A stretch of DNA of 64,000 nt, from positions 12,364 to 76,363 of the forward strand of contig CAMLIK010000001.1 in NCBI GenBank assembly GCA_946480175.1, in the 5' to 3' direction. Position numbers and translations under genes: made by a program. Shown here piece by piece: positions 48,055 through 56,432 of the stretch. Each line of letters begins with the position of its first letter. Positions within the stretch are counted from its first letter, which is position 1. Source of the stretch: an uncultured Gilliamella sp. (GTDB lineage Bacteria; Pseudomonadota; Gammaproteobacteria; Enterobacterales; Orbaceae). The notes below the pieces were generated by a model, which was not told the origin of the DNA, ran no database searches, and saw only the letters and a program-made list of their open reading frames with translations.

Positions 48055-48610
48055 ACGCCTCTTTAAGTTTTAGATCATAACTGTTTTTTTTGTAAGCAGG
48101 GCCGTTGTAAAGTCTGGCAAAGACTGAAAAATCTTTATCTTTCATCGCCTGTAATAATTTGCTATTTGACTTGTGGTCAACGAAACGGTAAAACGCATCG
48201 AGTTGCATTTCTTCGCTTTCTGTCATTAGTTTTTCAAACTGAATTGCTGATTCATAGCCCAATAATTGCCAATGAAAGCCCATTATTTGGAACAGCCCCC
48301 AGCTTGCGCTTTCAATCGCCGACTTAGTGTCAATTTGTTTTGCCAGTGTTAGCCTGTAATTTTCTCGATTGCCGCCGAGATAGCCACCCGCTGACGGATT
48401 AATTAAATCTGGATAAGTTTTAGCAAGTTGTTCGACGTTAAATCCATTCTTTTTTAATTGGCGGTAAAATATATGCCGTTCAAATAAAATCGTTGGTAGA
48501 CCATTTTTAAACCCGGATGATCTAGCCTCAATTTTGGTTACCGCCTGAATCATTGGTAATTCTATATCCAGTTTATTGGCGATATTTTGTAGTTGTTCCG
48601 TTGTTATCAT
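48032..48610 (-). CDS. Endolysin, N-acetylmuramidase (DUF3380-like)
   Basis: ILFERH.F, SASWGLFQIMGFH and FARLYNGPAY..N.YD motifs. Confidence 0.9.
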   Translation of the reverse strand: MITTEQLQNIANKLDIELPMIQAVTKIEARSSGFKNGLPTILFERHIFYRQLKKNGFNVEQLAKTYPDLINPSAGGYLGGNRENYRLTLAKQIDTKSAIESASWGLFQIMGFHWQLLGYESAIQFEKLMTESEEMQLDAFYRFVDHKSNSKLLQAMKDKDFSVFARLYNGPAYKKNSYDLKLKEAYENYAKK

Positions 48611-48900
48611 TTTGTTTTAACCTTCTTTTGTCTTGATGATGAGCGGCATAATGCGGCCATGTTGCCTTTACTTTTAAGAAAGCAAATTAATAAAGTCATA
48701 TTCATAACAACTTGCGCGTAATATGCACGATTTGATAAGTCAAAGAATAAAAATAAAGATACGGCAGAGCTTGACGTTATCATTAACCACGCCAACCAAC
48801 TTATTTTTGCATTATATTTGTAATTTTTACGATCAAACGTAAATAATCGCACTGCAATTAATAAACAAAGAACAGCGTTTATAGTTGTAAGGGTTATCAT
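48607..48900 (-). CDS. Putative holin-family membrane protein (DUF754-like)
   Basis: 3 TM segments, SWLAWL, KGNMA; in the lysis cassette. Confidence 0.7.
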   Translation of the reverse strand: MITLTTINAVLCLLIAVRLFTFDRKNYKYNAKISWLAWLMITSSSAVSLFLFFDLSNRAYYAQVVMNMTLLICFLKSKGNMAALCRSSSRQKKVKTK

Positions 48901-49277
48901 GATCCCCCCCTTTTGTTGAATTTATCCAATAAACTGGATGGGTCATCAAACATTTTTATAATCCAAAGTAACAATTTAACACTAACAGCCGACGCAACTA
49001 ATGCGCCCAGCCCAAGTGGTACTTTAGATTGGATGTTTGACGGGAAAAACGGCAACAGTAAATACAGCGTCAATTCGGCTAGCAGCATCCCCATGGCAAA
49101 AGATATGAAAAATAGAACTATTCTACGCAATACAGAGATCCGCTCATCACTTATTACCAGCAGAATTGAGCCACATAGCGCCCCCAAAATTATCCCGTTT
49201 TCGATGTTTGGATATATCATCGAAATTGAAAACGCACTGATCACTGCTGTGAATGTTGTTGTTGTAGGTTCTGTCAT
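48897..49277 (-). CDS. Putative holin
   Basis: MTEPTT start, 3-4 TM segments, GAL.ASAVSV; upstream of the endolysin. Confidence 0.7.
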   Translation of the reverse strand: MTEPTTTTFTAVISAFSISMIYPNIENGIILGALCGSILLVISDERISVLRRIVLFFISFAMGMLLAELTLYLLLPFFPSNIQSKVPLGLGALVASAVSVKLLLWIIKMFDDPSSLLDKFNKRGGS

Positions 49278-49281
49278 TCAA

Positions 49282-49485
49282 TTAATCCCATAAATTAATT
49301 AGTTTTTTTTGTGGCTCAGGCACGTTTTCTGGCACGTTAACAGCCGTGCCCATCGGCAAAATTGCCGGCAATTCACACAGCATAGGATTGTTGGTGTAAA
49401 TGATTTCGACAATGCCGGCAGTTCTACCAAAAATACGATATGCCAGAGCATCAATGGTTTCATTTTGCATTGTAGTGACAATCAT
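49282..49485 (-). CDS. Tail protein gpX
   Basis: Q.ETIDAL.YR.FGRT.G.VE...NP...LP.GT.V..P...INLWD. Confidence 0.9.
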   Translation of the reverse strand: MIVTTMQNETIDALAYRIFGRTAGIVEIIYTNNPMLCELPAILPMGTAVNVPENVPEPQKKLINLWD

Positions 49486-49997
49486 TAAATCAACTCCATT
49501 GTTGACCGCGATTTACCAAGTATGTCGCGTATTGCATAGCGCGCATTGCGATACAAATTACCGGCGCTTTCAATGTTAGTATCTATATCGGTTTTGGCTT
49601 TGGCTGTTGCATCAAAATTAATATACTGTTCATTCAATAACGCATTAGCTAAGTTATAAATAGCAATGTGGTACAATGTTAAATAACGCGATTCGCCGTT
49701 AATTTTCTCGGCATCTAAATCGTTAATTGATGCAACACCGGACGATTGATGACTCACTCTCCACGAATGAAGATCATCGTTTACCGATACAATTGCGCTG
49801 GTAATTGCTCTTTTCAGCCGTTCATTTGTTATTGTCCCGTCTAATCTCTGGGTCTTTCTAACGTCATTAATATCAATAGCGGGGAAAAACGAAATATTAC
49901 TAATTTTAGACTCTTCGGCTTCGTTCGCTTTAGATATTGCAATAAAATCACTCATAAGAACTCTAAACCTTATAATAGGCGGTGAACCAATTCGCAA
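49485..49997 (-). CDS. Head completion protein gpL (likely start ATG 49955)
   Basis: FFPAI...R...RLDGTIT..RL and AIRDILG...MELI motifs. Confidence 0.88.
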   Translation of the reverse strand: MRIGSPPIIRFRVLMSDFIAISKANEAEESKISNISFFPAIDINDVRKTQRLDGTITNERLKRAITSAIVSVNDDLHSWRVSHQSSGVASINDLDAEKINGESRYLTLYHIAIYNLANALLNEQYINFDATAKAKTDIDTNIESAGNLYRNARYAIRDILGKSRSTMELI

Positions 49998-50048
49998 AAT
50001 ATTGATAATTTTTTAAATTGGTGCCGCCTGGTGTGAGGGTCCACCCTG

Positions 50049-50696
50049 TTAAGAATCGGTCTTATTTAAGGCCTTTTCTAATTCTTTAATTGCTGTTTTC
50101 ACGCCCGAACTTTCGTCAAGTTCAAGTGCTCGCTTTAAATAACCTAAAGCTTGCTCTGGATGTGTATCTTTTAACGCATAGCCTATAGCTTTATTGAGTT
50201 TTGCTCTGACCTGATCAAACATATCTTTATTAGCCACTAATTCGGCAAAATTCAGTAACATATCAGTATCAACTGTTTGTTTATTACTAATTTGTGCGAG
50301 CGTTGTATTAGCTAACTCTTCGGTAATTAGTGTGGCGGTTTGGCGTTGGTACTCATCGGGTGTAACCCAGTTATGTTTTAATGCATGTTTAGCGAGCGGG
50401 TAGGCAAGCTCAAATTGTTTAGTGTCAATCATCCATACCATTAGACGCATAAATACATCGTCTTGTTGAGCATTATCAGACTCAAGAACGCCGTTAATCC
50501 AATCCATATATTCGGGAATAAGTTGCTTTTTAAGTTCAATTTTTGCTGCTGTCGATTGAAATTTTTTTAATCGAATACGATCGTTATTAAGCTTGGCTAG
50601 CATCATTTCGTAAGCATTGATTGCTCGCAAGTTTTCTGTATTACGCTCCTTTTTAGCGTAATGTTTTTGTAAAAACTTTTGTGCTGGTGATATCAT
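50049..50696 (-). CDS. Terminase small/endonuclease subunit gpM
   Basis: MISPAQ, AQQDDV, DM.DQVRAKL.KAIG and GVKT.I..LE motifs. Confidence 0.9.
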   Translation of the reverse strand: MISPAQKFLQKHYAKKERNTENLRAINAYEMMLAKLNNDRIRLKKFQSTAAKIELKKQLIPEYMDWINGVLESDNAQQDDVFMRLMVWMIDTKQFELAYPLAKHALKHNWVTPDEYQRQTATLITEELANTTLAQISNKQTVDTDMLLNFAELVANKDMFDQVRAKLNKAIGYALKDTHPEQALGYLKRALELDESSGVKTAIKELEKALNKTDS

Positions 50697-50707
50697 CTAT
50701 CCCCCCC

Positions 50708-51718
50708 TTATCTGACTTCAATATTTTCAATTAAACAGCCGGCATCATAACGTTCTACAACAAAGGCCTCGTTAGCAGATTGGTAGTCTTCAATACGATC
50801 ACGTTTAGGGTTGTCAATAATTTGGCGGCGGGCTGTTTCATTTTGAATGTAAATAGCTAAGTTACTAAAAGATGTAATTAGCATTGATCCCTTAGGGAAG
50901 TAGGGGACTCGGTATGCCGGTAATTCACCAATTGATTTTTTAGCAAGCAATATTTGACCCGCTACTTTTTCGGTGTTTTTATCTGCTTCGTTAGCAATCG
51001 GGAAGTATTTATCATGGAGCAACCCACGACCACAAATAACAACTAAATCGGTGTCTTCTGAATAAACTGGATCGATTAAGTTTTCAACGGCATCATAGAC
51101 TAATGCGTCAATGTTTTTATAGTCCCCCCCGTTACTGGCAATAATAATTTTACCTGGTGTTAATGTACCTTCGTTCATTACTCTTTCAGGTGCATCATCT
51201 CGGTAATGTTGTAACCAGCCTTTATTTACATCTTGTAATAAAGGGTATGTAGTTTTATTAGATGTTGGCGCGCGATGGGTACCATTAAATCCAATCATAA
51301 TACGATCTAACGCTTTTTGTTTAATTAAGGCATCACGCAAAAGGGTTTGAAAGTTCTTTTTGTGGCGCCATGCATCCAATTTTGCATAACGGATTGATGT
51401 ATCGTAGTTGGTTTGTTCGCAGCGGTAACGGAATTTGTTTAGATCTGAGATATCTACAGCTTCACGATCTTGTGCTGTGGTATCGGTTGTGCCAGCTGTT
51501 GTGCCTGTTACACCAACTCCAACTTTTTCACCTTCTTGGGCGTCAACAAATTCAAAGTTAATTTTACTTAAGAATTCAGATGATTGTTGGGTGCGTTTTT
51601 CTAATGTTTGATTTACTTCTGGATTAACAGCAAAACTTTCACTGGAATCATCAATGCCATTAAGCTGCGCAATGCGGTGTTTAAATCCATTAAATAACTT
51701 TCGGGTTTCATTTCTCAT
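50708..51718 (-). CDS. Major capsid protein gpN
   Basis: MRNETR, ALDRIMIGFNG and PLLQDVNKGWLQ motifs. Confidence 0.95.
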   Translation of the reverse strand: MRNETRKLFNGFKHRIAQLNGIDDSSESFAVNPEVNQTLEKRTQQSSEFLSKINFEFVDAQEGEKVGVGVTGTTAGTTDTTAQDREAVDISDLNKFRYRCEQTNYDTSIRYAKLDAWRHKKNFQTLLRDALIKQKALDRIMIGFNGTHRAPTSNKTTYPLLQDVNKGWLQHYRDDAPERVMNEGTLTPGKIIIASNGGDYKNIDALVYDAVENLIDPVYSEDTDLVVICGRGLLHDKYFPIANEADKNTEKVAGQILLAKKSIGELPAYRVPYFPKGSMLITSFSNLAIYIQNETARRQIIDNPKRDRIEDYQSANEAFVVERYDAGCLIENIEVR

Positions 51719-51771
51719 TATGGTTTTCCTAATTCTGTTAATTTTTTATTAATTGTTTGATTTACCAATTT

Positions 51772-52614
51772 TTAGCAGTCAGTTTCTATATTGGCCGAAC
51801 CACCGGATGAAACTGGACGATACGGTGAATCAGGCGTTTCACTTAATAATTCAATTAATTCATCATTTTGTTTTTTTACTGAGGTAAATTCTGTTTTTAA
51901 TAAATTAACCTGATTTTCAAGTTGGGTTACTCGGTCTACTGTTGACGCCGCGAATTGTTCAATAATCTCGGCTAGCTGATTAAATTTTGTTGAGTCAACT
52001 GAAGATTTATTTTTGAATAAATTAGTGATGCGTTCTAATATTGAACTAAAAGCGGTATCAATTGTTGATTCGTCATCAAACTCGATCACGGTTTCTTCGG
52101 CTGCTGTAAACAAGTTATCTGGAGATTGCTTACGACTTGCAAGCGGATTAATACTTGCAGCCGCGCTGAACTCTAAAAATTCGGTACCTAAACTTGCCGG
52201 ATTGTCAGTTACAGCTAGGCCGACAAGATAAGCTGCATCCGTATCGGCAAATTTCGGGTTCACCTCAATAGATGAATAAACTTTTTGCTTTAACTTGTTA
52301 AGTTGTATCAATTCGTCTGTTGGTTCAATTTGCGCAAGCAGGGCGAGTTTCCCGGCCAGCGCTCCTTTTTGGATTTCTTCAGCGCGTAATGCTATTACGT
52401 CACCATATCTTTTAAATATGCCGTCCGGTGAATACCCTTTTATATGCTCCAAATTAACGCGCGCACCATAAACCTCACGATCATAATTTGCGGCCATTTG
52501 TGTGATCCATTCCCTTTGAATCTTGCGCCCATCCGTGGTTGCTCCTTCAACTGCTACACGAAACCATTTTGATTTTTTAGGCTTATTGTTTTTTGTTTGT
52601 AATGTCATTGTCAT
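51772..52614 (-). CDS. Capsid scaffold/protease gpO
   Basis: SKWFRVAVEGATTDGR.I and YLVGLAVTD.PASLGTE motifs. Confidence 0.95.
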   Translation of the reverse strand: MTMTLQTKNNKPKKSKWFRVAVEGATTDGRKIQREWITQMAANYDREVYGARVNLEHIKGYSPDGIFKRYGDVIALRAEEIQKGALAGKLALLAQIEPTDELIQLNKLKQKVYSSIEVNPKFADTDAAYLVGLAVTDNPASLGTEFLEFSAAASINPLASRKQSPDNLFTAAEETVIEFDDESTIDTAFSSILERITNLFKNKSSVDSTKFNQLAEIIEQFAASTVDRVTQLENQVNLLKTEFTSVKKQNDELIELLSETPDSPYRPVSSGGSANIETDC

Positions 52615-52685
52615 AATCCTTAGCTTATATGCTGATTGTTTTGCCTATGTTGGATTGACAAAGAAAGGAGAGCAATTAAGCCGAG

Positions 52686-52706
52686 TTGTGAAAACCAAAA
52701 TCACAA
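52686..52706. promoter_or_regulatory. Ogr-type activator site of divergent late promoters pO/pP
   Basis: AG-TTGT-N13-ACAA-CT between O and P. Confidence 0.75.
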
Positions 52707-52748
52707 CTTGCGTATGCATAAAAAATGATGATCGAAGGGTAAATTGAC

Positions 52749-54545
52749 GTGATGGGAGGACGCATGCAAAACGTTAAATTATTAGATCATTTAATCAGTG
52801 ATAACACAGATCCGAGAAAGTCGGCCCGTTCGCTATACTGGGCTGGATATCGTATCGCGCGCATTGCTGAGCTTTTGAACGAAAATGTAAATACGATTCA
52901 CAGTTGGAAAAGGCGCGACAAATGGGATGATTCAACGCCATTGGAGCGCGTTAACGCCGTGCTGGAAGCTCAATTGATTCACCTAGTAATAAAACAAAAT
53001 AAAGAAGGCAAGGACTTTAAAGAAATTGATTTACTCAGTAGACAGTTAGAGCGCACAGCAAGAATAGAACGGTATAAAAACGGTGGTAACGAAACCGATC
53101 TTAATCCTAATGTTGCTAATCGCAATTCAGCACCTAAACAAAAACCTAAAACAAATTTGTTAACTGATGCGCAGATAGAGAAACTTAACGAGTTATTCAA
53201 TGAGGGCTTATATGAACATCAGCGAATTTGGTATCGAGCCGGTATTAATCATCGAATAAGAAATATAAATAAATCAAGACAGATTGGCGCTACTATGTAT
53301 TTCTCTCATGAAGGGGCGATTGATGCAGTTAACACAGGTAGAGATCAAATATATTTATCGGCATCAAAAGCTCAAGCGTTCCAGTCTCGCCAATATATTG
53401 TTGATTTTTTTCATGGCATCGACATGGATCTAAAAGGTGATGTAATTCACTTTCCTCATAATGACGCTAGAATTAGATTTTTAGGGACAAATTCGAAAAC
53501 TGCTCAAAGTTATCACGGGAATGTTTATCTTGATGAGTATTTTTGGATCGGTCGTTTTTTAGAGTTTAGAAAAGTCGTCTCGGCGATGGCTAGCCAAAAA
53601 AGATGGCGTCAAACATATTTATCTACACCATCCAGTATTACTCACGAAGCATACAAGTTTTGGACTGGGCAGTTATTTAATAAAGGGCGGCGAAAAGAAG
53701 ATCAAATTAGCATTGATGTATCGCATAAAGCGCTGAAAGACGGCCTAGTCTGTGCTGATGGACAATGGCGCCAAATCGTTACAATTGAAGATGCAGAACG
53801 ACTAGGGTTTGATTTATTTGATATAAATCAACTAAGAATGGAATATAGTCCCGATGAATTTGCAAACCTTTTTTTATGCCAATTTATTGATGATTCAGCC
53901 TCAGTTTTCCCCCTATCAAGTCTACAACCCTGCATGGTTGATTCGTGGGATATATGGAGCGATTATAAACCTTTTGCGTTGAGGCCACTCGGCGATCGCC
54001 CTGTATGGATTGGTTACGATCCATCACACACTGGTGATAGTGCTGGGTGCGTTGTTGTTTCACCTCCATTGGTTGAGGGTGGTAAATTCCGAGTAATAGA
54101 AAAACACCAATGGACGGGTATGGATTTTGCAGCACAAGCCGAAGCAATTCGCAAAATGACAGAACGCTATAATGTTACCTACATTGGTATAGATGCCACC
54201 GGGCTAGGTGAGGGCGTTTATCAGTTAGTTAAGCAATTTTACCCAGCTGCGGTAGCATTCAAATATTCGATTGAAATTAAACAAAGATTAATCTTAAAAA
54301 TGCAAGACGTGATCAGACGTCAGCGTTTAGAGTTCGATGCAGGATGGACGGATCTGGCCCAATCATTTATGGCTATTCGTAAGACATTAACTGCCAGCCA
54401 GCGATTTGTTACATATATTGCTGATCGCAGTGATGAAATTTCACACGCAGATATAGCGTGGGCAACTATGCACGCAATTTATAACGAGCCGCTAGAAAGT
54501 TTAGGCGGTGCTAACAGTAATAGTGGTTTCATGGGAGTATTTTAA
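52749..54545 (+). CDS. Terminase large (ATPase) subunit gpP
   Basis: KSRQIGAT, SASKAQA, YLDEYFW, STPS and GYDPS motifs. Confidence 0.95.
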   Translation: MMGGRMQNVKLLDHLISDNTDPRKSARSLYWAGYRIARIAELLNENVNTIHSWKRRDKWDDSTPLERVNAVLEAQLIHLVIKQNKEGKDFKEIDLLSRQLERTARIERYKNGGNETDLNPNVANRNSAPKQKPKTNLLTDAQIEKLNELFNEGLYEHQRIWYRAGINHRIRNINKSRQIGATMYFSHEGAIDAVNTGRDQIYLSASKAQAFQSRQYIVDFFHGIDMDLKGDVIHFPHNDARIRFLGTNSKTAQSYHGNVYLDEYFWIGRFLEFRKVVSAMASQKRWRQTYLSTPSSITHEAYKFWTGQLFNKGRRKEDQISIDVSHKALKDGLVCADGQWRQIVTIEDAERLGFDLFDINQLRMEYSPDEFANLFLCQFIDDSASVFPLSSLQPCMVDSWDIWSDYKPFALRPLGDRPVWIGYDPSHTGDSAGCVVVSPPLVEGGKFRVIEKHQWTGMDFAAQAEAIRKMTERYNVTYIGIDATGLGEGVYQLVKQFYPAAVAFKYSIEIKQRLILKMQDVIRRQRLEFDAGWTDLAQSFMAIRKTLTASQRFVTYIADRSDEISHADIAWATMHAIYNEPLESLGGANSNSGFMGVF

Positions 54546-54547
54546 TA

Positions 54548-55561
54548 ATGACCGATTTAAAAAAGAATGATGATAATATAGAGTGCTTTAGTTTTGGAGA
54601 AAGCGAGCCACTTTCCAGCGCTAAAGATCTGCTTAACTATTTACAGTGTATTGAGTGCGGTAAATGGTATGAACCCCATATTAATTTTAATACATTGTCA
54701 AATACGTTCGGGGCATCATCTTCATATCACAGCAGCCCCATATATGTTAAAAGAAATATATTAACAAGCACTTTTATACCTCATAAATATTTGACGCGTT
54801 TTAATTTTGAAAGAATAGTTCATGATTTCCTTATTTTTGGTAATTGCTATCTTGAAAAACGTTCTAACATGTTAAAACAATCAACCGGGCTATTACCAAC
54901 GTTAGCGAAATATACTAGGCGGGGTGTTGATACCGATAGATATTATTATATAAATTCTAGCAAATATGCGAATATTGAGAATCTATTCGAGGAGCACGAA
55001 TTCAAAAAAAATTCCGTCTTTCATCTGTTATTACCGAATGAAAATCAAGAAATATACGGTTCACCAGAATATTTATCGACAATAAATTCTATCTGGCTTG
55101 ATAATTCAGCTACAGTGTTTCGTCAACGTTATTATAAAAATGGTTCTCATGCTGGGTTTATTTTATATTTGTCTAATCCATCACATAACGAAAAAGATAT
55201 TGAAGAATTAAAGAAAGCATTACAAAGTAGTAGAGGGCCGGGCAACTTTCGTAATTTGCTTATGTATGCACCAAACGGCAACCCAGATGGATTAAAACTG
55301 ATACCCGTTGGAGAAGTGGCCGCTAAAGATAATTTTGCAGACATCAAATCAGTAAGCCAAGATGATATCTTAACAGCACACCGAGTGCCGCCATCATTAA
55401 TGGGCATAACACCCAAAAATACTGGGGGATTTGGTGATCCAGAAAAAGCCTCCAAAGTGTTTGCTCGTAATGAAATTAAACCGTTGCAAGATAGATTTTT
55501 ACAACTAAACGATTGGATGGGGGAGGAAGTTGTAAAATTTAACCCCTATACCCTTGAATAA
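54548..55561 (+). CDS. Portal protein gpQ
   Basis: WYEP, LAKYTRRG, QEIYG.PEY, YYKNGSHAGFI and AHRVPP.LMG motifs. Confidence 0.95.
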   Translation: MTDLKKNDDNIECFSFGESEPLSSAKDLLNYLQCIECGKWYEPHINFNTLSNTFGASSSYHSSPIYVKRNILTSTFIPHKYLTRFNFERIVHDFLIFGNCYLEKRSNMLKQSTGLLPTLAKYTRRGVDTDRYYYINSSKYANIENLFEEHEFKKNSVFHLLLPNENQEIYGSPEYLSTINSIWLDNSATVFRQRYYKNGSHAGFILYLSNPSHNEKDIEELKKALQSSRGPGNFRNLLMYAPNGNPDGLKLIPVGEVAAKDNFADIKSVSQDDILTAHRVPPSLMGITPKNTGGFGDPEKASKVFARNEIKPLQDRFLQLNDWMGEEVVKFNPYTLE

Positions 55562-55574
55562 CAATCACAAAACC

Positions 55575-55594
55575 AAAGCCCGAATGGGCTTTTT
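55575..55594 (+). terminator. Terminator after Q
   Basis: AAAGCCC-GAAT-GGGCTTTTT. Confidence 0.75.
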
Positions 55595-55756
55595 ATTACC
55601 CTCCATTCAAATTCTCTCTATAACGCTCATTCTGACACTTTTTTATTTGTTGGGTGGTGATTAACCCCTTACTCACTTTGTCTCTTAGTGTGCTTGATGT
55701 TTAATATAATTAGTCATTTTGATGATGATTGAAAAGGTTATATATAAAATTGCGTC

Positions 55757-55775
55757 ATTGAGACCCCACCTCACC
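55757..55775 (-). other. Putative cohesive end (cos)
   Basis: Minus strand GGTGAGGTGGGGTCTCAAT resembles P2 cos GGCGAGGCGGGGAAAGCAC; canonical position next to Q. Confidence 0.65.
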
Positions 55776-55906
55776 CGCGCACTAAACTTGTAGAGAATTG
55801 TGCAAAATTGCAGATATCGAGAAAACAGCTTGATATTAGGTCTTTAACGATCATTTGATCCTTTTTAGAACTTTCGTTTTCGTGCAGTATAGAAGTGCAA
55901 CTGTAT

Positions 55907-56344
55907 TTATTTTTGCGATATCGAATTATTTATATTACTTATAGCATCTTCTAATAAAATAACGGCATCGCCAAACCGAGTACCGCCCGCGCTAAATAAT
56001 GACATATATCCATAAAAGTTGGATTTTATAGCAGATAATACCGTCTTAATTCGTTCGAAATCAATCAAATCAATAACAATCTCTGAATCGGGGTCAACCT
56101 GAACGTACACAGCTCCGAAGTTTGGATAGCTATAAAAATCGCTATTATTTGATTTATTATTTATTGAATTGATAGCATCTTCTAATTTGTTAAATAATGG
56201 CGGATAGACATCGTGGAAGAACTTCATAATAGATGACGCCATCTTAATTCGTTCGAAATCAACCAAATCAATAACAATCTCTGAATCTGGATCAATTATA
56301 CAAAGACTGGGGGCGGTTAAGGCTGGATATTTACCTGTTTTCAT
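55907..56344 (-). CDS. Hypothetical 145-aa protein made of two ~66-aa repeats, in the A-cos accessory slot
   Basis: DPDSEIVIDL(V/I)DFERIK and LEDAI.xINN each occur twice. Confidence 0.65.
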   Translation of the reverse strand: MKTGKYPALTAPSLCIIDPDSEIVIDLVDFERIKMASSIMKFFHDVYPPLFNKLEDAINSINNKSNNSDFYSYPNFGAVYVQVDPDSEIVIDLIDFERIKTVLSAIKSNFYGYMSLFSAGGTRFGDAVILLEDAISNINNSISQK

Positions 56345-56432
56345 TATTAAAATCCTACTTATGTGTTTATATAATTAATTAGTTTTAAAATTATTTTGTT
56401 TTATTGTTAACATGTGTATTAACCCAAAATTA

